From assembly GCA_943704415.1 (NCBI GenBank), contig CALSCO010000306.1, positions 1 through 64,000 on the forward strand: DNA of 64,000 nt. Reading direction: 5' to 3'. The DNA comes from Parvularia atlantis. Lineage: Eukaryota. The translations under genes were made by a program, and so were the position numbers. The stretch's first letter is position 1. Each line of letters begins with the position of its first letter. Of this stretch, positions 57,527 to 64,000 are shown piece by piece. Under the pieces are notes generated by a model that made no database searches, was not told the origin of the DNA, and saw only the letters and a program-made list of their open reading frames with translations.

Positions 57527-58530
57527 TCACCAGGGCAGCAGCGCCGAGAGCGCACCCCTGATGGACCCCTGCGCAGCATGTGGCGGTGCTGGCCGCCCCC
57601 TGAGCGGCGCGCGCGCCGGGCGACGTCAGCGCATCATGAGGGCCAGACGTTGCACCGCACCGCGCGGCAGCCGCGGCGGAAGATGCAGCGGACGGCGCGC
57701 CGCCGTCAGGCATCGACGCCTTGACGCTCGTCAGGTCCGCGTCGACCTTGCGCAGCAGGCTCTGCACGTCCGCGCCCGGCGACCGCTTGCGCGCGTCGGG
57801 CTCTGCACGCGCGACAAACGTCCCGCACACGTCAGCCGCGATTGCCCGTCAGACCCCGCGCGCACCCGACGCCGATCGCCGCATCCCAGCCCACGCGGGC
57901 TCTGCCGGCTCGAAACTGCGCCGCGGCGCTTGCGTCGGCTGCTGCTGCTGCTGCTGTTGTGCTGCTGACAACGCGGCGGCCGGCACGCGCGCCCGCGGGA
58001 TGACGAGCGTGCGCTTGAGGTAGATTGAGTCGCCCGGCCAGAGGCTGTTTGCGCGGCGGATGTCGTCGACCTGCGGCGCGTCGTCAGCGTCCCTCCCGAC
58101 CACCCCACGCGGCCGCCGCGCGCGGCGCCCGCACCGTCACGCCGTACTGCAGCGCAAGGCCCTGCAGCGTGTCGGCCGGGCGGACGACGTGCGTCCCGCT
58201 CTCGTCCACGGCCGTCCACGCGCCCGCATCGGCCCCGACGCGCCGTCGCTCGGTCCCCGCGCCGTCCGCGTCACCGTCGGCGTACAGTTGCTCGCTGCTG
58301 CCGGGCCGCGCGCCGTCGTTGTCGCCGTCGTGGTCGTAGTCGCGATGCAGCAGCCGCGTGGACGGCCCCATAAAGCGCGCCGCCTCCTCGCCCGCGCGCC
58401 CCATGCTCTGCCGGACCCCACGGCTCTGCAGCGGCACCTCGTCGACGTCGCCGCGCCCGGCCGCAGGCCGCGGCAGCACTGGCACCTCGAGCAGCGGGTC
58501 GGGCGCGTCGCCAATCGACGCGAACATCAT
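57527..58530 (-). CDS. LysM-domain protein (LYSMD-like); 3' end approximate
   Basis: HVVRPADTLQGLALQYGVT|VDDIRRANSLWPGDSIYLKRTLVIP. Confidence 0.8.
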
Positions 58531-58576
58531 CCGTGACGCGAAAAGGACCCCGAACAGCGGAAACCAATGCCCGCGT

Positions 58577-59884
58577 TCACAGGCGCGCCTTGATGTCGGC
58601 GCGCTCGGCCAGCGCGGCCATCTGCTGCATACGCCGCAGCCCGCGCTGGCGCACGGCGCCCTCAACCAACGCCGTGAGCGTGTCGGGCAGCAGCTCGCTG
58701 ACCCATGCGAGCACGTAGCGCTCCCTGCGCGGCGCACGCTCAGCTTCCGTTGTGAGAGAGACCACACGAGCCGGCGAGCGGCGCACGTCGGGAGGCCGTG
58801 CTCGAGCGGGTGGTTGGGCAGGATGTGGTCCAGCACGGCGCGCTCGATGTCCTCCACCGTGAGGATCCGCGAGCCCGAGAACGTGAGCGCGGCCTCGGGG
58901 TAGTCGATCTGGCGAGCAAACGTCAGGCGCGCACGCACAGAGCGGGCGCACCATCGCGCACCTGCAGGTCCACCATCGGCGTGAGTACCGCGTCCGGGCA
59001 GATCACCGTCACGGCCACGCCCGTCGGCGCCAGCTCCTTGGCGAGCACGCGCGAGAAAACGCGCGTCGCGTGCTTGGACGCGCTGTACAGGCCCAGCCCG
59101 ACCACGCACGAGATGGACGCCAGCGAGCCAAAGTTGACGATGTGCCCGCGGCCGCCCGCGACCATGTGCGCGGCGGCCGTCTGCGCCCCAAAGATGACGC
59201 CCTTGACGTTGATGTCCATGTGCTTGTGCACCTCGGCCTCGGGCTGCGCGGCGTGGGTGTGTCAGGAGGGCCGCGCCGTGTGCGTGGAGCAGAACACACG
59301 CACCTGCCGCGCCAGGTCACCCGGCAGCAGGTAGCCCGCGATGTTTAGCAGCACGTCGACGGCTCCAAAGCGCGCCACGGCCTCGTCAAACACAGCGCGC
59401 CAGTCGGCCAGGCTGCGCACGTCAAGCTTGCGAATCTGCGCACACGCGCACGCATGAGCAACCCGCGCACGGCCCAGCGAGCAGAGTGCGGCGCACCAGC
59501 AGACGCGCGGCGTGCGGCTGCCACGCGGGCGAGGCGGCGAGGCGCTCGAGCTGCGCGAGGTTGATGTCGGTCGCAACGACGCGCTTCCCCTTGGCTGCGC
59601 GACGCGCTCAGCCCATCTGTGCGCCTCTCCCGCCCGCCCACCCGCCCCCGCACCGAGCAGCACGGTCGCGAGGTGCTTGCCGATGCCGCTCGCGCAGCCC
59701 GTGAGGAAGAACACGTCGTGCGCGTCCGCGACGGCCCTGCGCTGCTGCGCCGCCACCGCGCTCCTCTGCATCGGGGGACCTTTCCGTCAGCCCTCCACGC
59801 GTCGCGCGCACGGTCCGGCCGCACCCGCCACGCCGCGGCAGCGGCAATCGCGACAGCGGCGGCCGCGAGGGTCCCTACGTTCAT
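58577..59884 (-). CDS. Short-chain dehydrogenase/reductase with N-terminal hydrophobic anchor
   Basis: TGCASGIG, DVLLNIAG, GHIVNFGSLAS, catalytic YSASK, ICPDAVLTPM. Confidence 0.92.
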
Positions 59885-60314
59885 CGCGTCCGGCTTGCGA
59901 ACGAGGCTATTGTGTGGCAAAGGGGTGAGATAAGATATCAGGTGTGGATGCTGTCGTCGCGCGTCGCATCGCGTCCGTCGTCGGCCGTCGCCGCGGTGCG
60001 TCGCGCCCCTCTCCCCCCCTCCCCCCTCTTCCCGTCCACCGCACGCGCGCCGTCGTGCTGCACGCGCGCCGCACGCGCCCACGACGCGTCACGTGCGGCG
60101 CGGACGGCGCAACGCGTGCGCCCCGCACGTGGCGCCGGATCGTTGCTGCTTGAGCCGCCACTGACGCGCGCCGCGGCAGGACGAGCCGGCGGGGCGCACG
60201 AGCAGCGGCGGCGCAGCCGACTCGGACGGTGCGCGGCGGGCGGCGCGGCGCGGCGGGCGGCGTGGGCTGAGGCGCAACGCGAACGCAGACGAGGTCGCTA
60301 CGGCGCCGCAACAG

Positions 60315-63116
60315 ATGGCGCAGGCGGCGCCAGCCGGCCATGGCAGCGGCAGCGGCGGCGGTGGCGGCGGTGGCGGCGGCAAGGGCACGCAGCGCAAGAA
60401 GTCGCTGCTCAACAAGCTCTTCAAGGGCGGCAGCAGCAGCGGCAGTAACGCCGCGTCCGACGACGCCGGCTCGACCAAGGGCAGCGGCGATAGCGACGGC
60501 CTGTCGGATGACGACGTCGTCACGGCGCGCTCGCGCACCAAGAGCGAAGGTGCCGCCCGCCCGCTCGCCCGGCCGCTGTGGTCTTGTTGACGTCGCGCGC
60601 GCAGGGCTGCTCGACCGCATCCGCTCGCTGCGCCGGCGCATCGACCAGGCTGAACAGGAGGAAGACGAGCCCAACCTGCTGTCGTGCGTGCCGCCCTCCT
60701 ACGCACACCGCACGCGCTCACCGCCACCTGCACACGCAGATCGGCCGCGCGGCAGCAGATCCACGCGCTGCAGCAGGAGATCCAGATGCTCAACCAGGAG
60801 CTCGAGGCGTACAAGTCCGAGAAGCGCGACTCGATGGTCAACATGACCAAGAAGACGACGACGCACCCGCACCAGCGCACGCTGCTCACGCACGAGACGT
60901 TTGACGGGTTCTTCTTCAAGGGTGTCGTCGCGGTCAACAACGAGATAGGGCAGGCGCGTCGTTCCTGCGCAGAGGCGTATCGTATTCGCTGACGCTGTGC
61001 CGCGCGCACAGACCGTCGACACGTTTGACATCGTCGCCGACACGACAACCCTGCAGCTGCCCCCGCACATGAAGTGGTCGCCGCCCAAGATGTCGCCGCA
61101 GACGCAGATCCGCTACCGCGTGCGCCGCGCCTTCCCCCTTGCCAGTGCGGCGTCGCTCACGCGGATGCAGCGTGCCTCGTCGCCCACGCCGCACTCGTCC
61201 GCCGAGCCCAACCCCGAGTACAAGCGGTCCAACTCGTGCGCGCGCGCACCGTGCGCCAAACTGTGGCGCTCACTCTTTGCGCGCGCGCGCAGCACGTCCG
61301 ACAAGCTTGTCCACCGCCCGTCCGACAGCCGCAACCGGCTCAGCGGGTCGATCCCCGAGGGCCTCACGGCGCGCGCGCAGGGGCGCAGCTCCACCCCGCC
61401 GCTGCCGGTGCGCGCCGGAGCAAGCTTGCATGCACGAGTGCTGACGCGCACGCGCAGCTGCAATCGGGTTCCGGCAGCGCGCAGCTGCTCCCGTCGTCGA
61501 GCACGAGCAGCGACGCCACGCGGCCAAGCACGCCCGACAAGCTCTGTGCGTGTGCCCGTGGGCGCCTGACGCGTGAGTGGAGGCTGACGTCGCGTGCGCC
61601 AGTGCGCGAGTGGGCGAACCGCGCTGTGGTCCACCGCAAGCTCAAGACGCGCGAGGGCGCCGAGGCGTGCCTGGAGTTGGGCATCCTCGACGTCGACCTT
61701 GTGCTGGACACGGCGCACAGCCTGACCAAGATCAAGGAGCCGCGCACGGTCACACTGTACTTTTACCTGCGCGACTCGCTCGAGCGGCGGTACGACTCGG
61801 TGGCGAGCGTGACGCTGGACGTGCCTAGCATCCGCAACGAGATGCTCGACAAGATCAAGCGCAGCCTGCAGCGGGTGCGCGTGCGACGGTCGCGGCGCGA
61901 GCGTGCCAACTGATGACGACGCTGCGCAGGCGACCGACAACGGCCTTATGCCGCTCGAGAGCAACCCGGCCGTGAGCGTGACATCGCTCGCGTTCGAGCT
62001 GATCGACTACTCGGACGACGTCGAGGTGCGCTCGCTCATCAACGTCGGTATCAACGGGACCGGTGCGTGCGCCGGTTGCGGCACGCGGGGAGCGGCGACT
62101 TACAGCGGAGGGGGGTGGGACTGCAGGTGAGGCCGTGCCGATCATCGCCAAATTTGACGTTGTCATCCCGTTGCCGACGACGCCCAAGCCGGCTGCGTCC
62201 GCGGCGGGCACGATCGCGTCGGTTTCGCTCAAGACGCAGCACACACGTGCGCCCGTTCGCTTTTGCGGACGGGCGCGGCAGCTGACGCGCGCACAGCACC
62301 CTCGGCCGACGAGAGCGCCGTCGTGACGACGCCGCTGGCCACGCACCAGAAGACGGTCACACAGCCGCTGCTGACGACCAAGACGCTGCAGGTGCGTGCG
62401 CGTTTTGGTCGAGCGTGTGTGTGCAGGCTGCTGACGGTGGACGTGGCAGAACTTTTGGTTCCGCCTCGAGGTCGAGTTTGACGACGGCTGGCTGGAGGAG
62501 AGGCCGAGCGTGCTCGGGCCGTTCCCGCCGTCGGAGCAGCAGATCGTCATGGCCGACAGCCACTACTACATCGAGCAAGACTACATCCTGAACGGTGCGG
62601 GCGAACGTGCTGGCCCGCTCGTGGTGGCGGCTGACGGCACCGCGGCCAGGCGTGTGCGTGCTTGGGCCGCAGCGACGCGTCGAGAAGCGCACGCCGTACG
62701 AGACGATCTTCCACATCCTGTACTACTGCCGTGGTGCGGACGCGCCTGACCGCGACAGCGCACGGGCCGACACGCCGCGCGCCGTGCAGACCGCGCGAAG
62801 GAGTACTCGTCGATGTTTTGCGTCGCCGACTTTGACCTGTCGATGGCCGAAATCATCAAGGCGTCGCAGGGTACGCGCGGCCGCTCTAGATGTGCTGCCG
62901 CGTGGCTGACGTACGGGCGTGCACGCAGGCTTCCAGAAGCCGCGCGACCGCTTCAAGGTCGAGAAGCAGATGGAACTGGGCCAGGTGCACGCCGTGTTCC
63001 ACTTTTTCGTGGCCGAGGAAGTCGTGCCCGAGCCGAGCACGACGGGCCAGGCAATCAACCCGACCGAGGGCAGCTGGATCCTTGAGCGGATCACGCTGGC
63101 CGTGCAGGTGCAATAG
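60315..63116 (+). CDS. Uncharacterised multi-exon protein (coiled coil, Ser/Pro-rich linker, beta-rich C-terminal region)
   Basis: About 14 exons join in frame via typical introns with strong coding-like codon bias; no family recognised; an upstream exon is possible. Confidence 0.65.
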
Positions 63117-63280
63117 AGCGGCTGCCCTTCCAAGCATTTCTCCCCGCCTCCGCTCATGCCCACTGTGTTTTTGTACGCGCCGCACGTCGACGACGACCAC
63201 GTAATTGAGTGAGGGGAGCGCGCACAAAAGAACACAGAGCGACAGCAGCATACATGCCGCGCGACGCGACGCGACGTGAG

Positions 63281-64000
63281 TCAGCGCCGCGGCGTCCAGA
63301 CCTCCTTGGTGTAGCGGCCGCGCGGCGGCACGCCGGTGATGACCGAGAGCGCATTGACCATGTCCTCAGCCACGTTGAAGCCGACGCTGAGCACCTCCTC
63401 AAAGTGCGACGGCGGCGAGTTGGCCAGGCCAAACGTGCACGCGGCCGACTGGCCCCCCGACTCGAGGATGGCCTTGCAGTCGGCGCCGCTGATGTAGCCC
63501 TCGCCCGTGCAGCGCGGACCGGCCGAGCAGCCGATGCGCCAGTCGGCGATGGGGAAGATGTAGCCGGCCTCGTCCGAGCCTAGGCCGGCGATCCAGCAGT
63601 AGTCGCACTCGAGCATGTCCTTGAGCACACCCGGCATGGTGTAGGCCGGGCCGACCGCGTGGCGTTCGGGCGTCATGTAGTACTTGCTGACAGACTCGGG
63701 CAGGTCAAAGTCGGCCGGGACGCCGTTGGCCATCTCGGCCGAGACCTCGCCGGGCACGGCCAGGAGCGAGACCGGGCCGAAGCGGTAAAGCGTGAGGATG
63801 GCCTGGGCAAAGTTGCCGACGCGCACGGGAAGGTCGCCGTCGCGGATAGTTTCGTAGTTGTCGGGGCGGCACGTGGCGTTGGTCGGCGGCTGGGTCACGT
63901 CGCACACCCAGAGCGGTCGCATGGCGTAGCCGATGAACATGGGCACGGTGGGGTCGTCGGCGCTGGGCGCGAGGCCGTAGCGGAAGAGGATGTTGCCGAG
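63281..64000 (-). CDS. Partial gene (5' end outside window), possibly neutral/alkaline ceramidase-like hydrolase; no intron in 720 nt
   Basis: RFGPVSLLAVPGEVSAE, WIAGLGSDEAGYIFP, HFEEVLSVG resemble the PGE / GLxNDxxGY / YEE motifs of that superfamily. Confidence 0.55.
   Translation of the reverse strand, partial: LGNILFRYGLAPSADDPTVPMFIGYAMRPLWVCDVTQPPTNATCRPDNYETIRDGDLPVRVGNFAQAILTLYRFGPVSLLAVPGEVSAEMANGVPADFDLPESVSKYYMTPERHAVGPAYTMPGVLKDMLECDYCWIAGLGSDEAGYIFPIADWRIGCSAGPRCTGEGYISGADCKAILESGGQSAACTFGLANSPPSHFEEVLSVGFNVAEDMVNALSVITGVPPRGRYTKEVWTPRR

Noticed and set aside
1..64000. Hundreds of long Arg/Ala/Pro-rich ORFs and antisense overlaps in the six-frame track
   Set aside because: Expected from high GC (few stop codons); they are shadows of real exons or read through introns.
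1..64000. Prokaryotic systems (CRISPR, operons with RBS, defence islands) or intact transposases
   Set aside because: No repeat-spacer array, transposase, RT or integrase motifs seen; genes are spliceosomal-intron eukaryotic genes.
1..64000. Alternative genetic code or stop reassignment
   Set aside because: In the genes traced, in-frame stops fall inside plausible introns, and TGA and TAG end genes at expected C-termini. TAA is simply rare at this GC.
1..64000. Introner-like (repeated, mobile) introns
   Set aside because: Introns share only short splice signals and CG-rich composition; no near-identical intron bodies were noticed by eye. An all-versus-all alignment would be needed to exclude them fully.

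Overview
GC-rich (roughly 70%), extremely compact eukaryotic genomic DNA. It holds about 33 protein-coding genes, broken by many short introns (mostly ~45-75 nt; GTGCG-type donors, CTGAC/CTCAC branch points, CAG>AAG/TAG acceptors). Most ORFs in the six-frame track are GC-driven noise or unspliced exon read-through. Gene models were built by hand from splice signals, reading-frame continuity and remembered family motifs; no database search was run. Recognisable genes: Luc7, sterol desaturase, Cdc20, VPS13 (5'-truncated), two mitochondrial carriers, PKA catalytic subunit, GNAT, AZUL-HECT E3, Med1, ARM-repeat protein, RING-H2 E3, UXS1, TRAF7-like, SART3/Prp24, ICMT-family, ACADSB, Vps74/GOLPH3 (5'-truncated), CDC5L (5'-truncated), farnesyltransferase beta, Med6, PDZ protein, Ras, LYAR-like, ankyrin+anillin/Bud4-like, LysM, SDR and a ceramidase-like fragment. 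The mix of fungal-like and animal-like genes suggests a unicellular opisthokont, possibly nucleariid-like (inference). The most notable signals are architectural: frequent AG|GC-AG introns, divergent genes with touching start codons, same-strand genes 25-46 bp apart, a palindromic TGTACA in tiny intergenic gaps, a repeated CCAAT+CRE promoter module, a long structured intron in LYAR, and two homopolymer G/C runs where genes are cut off (most likely assembly collapse). No CRISPR array, rRNA, convincing tRNA or intact mobile element was seen.
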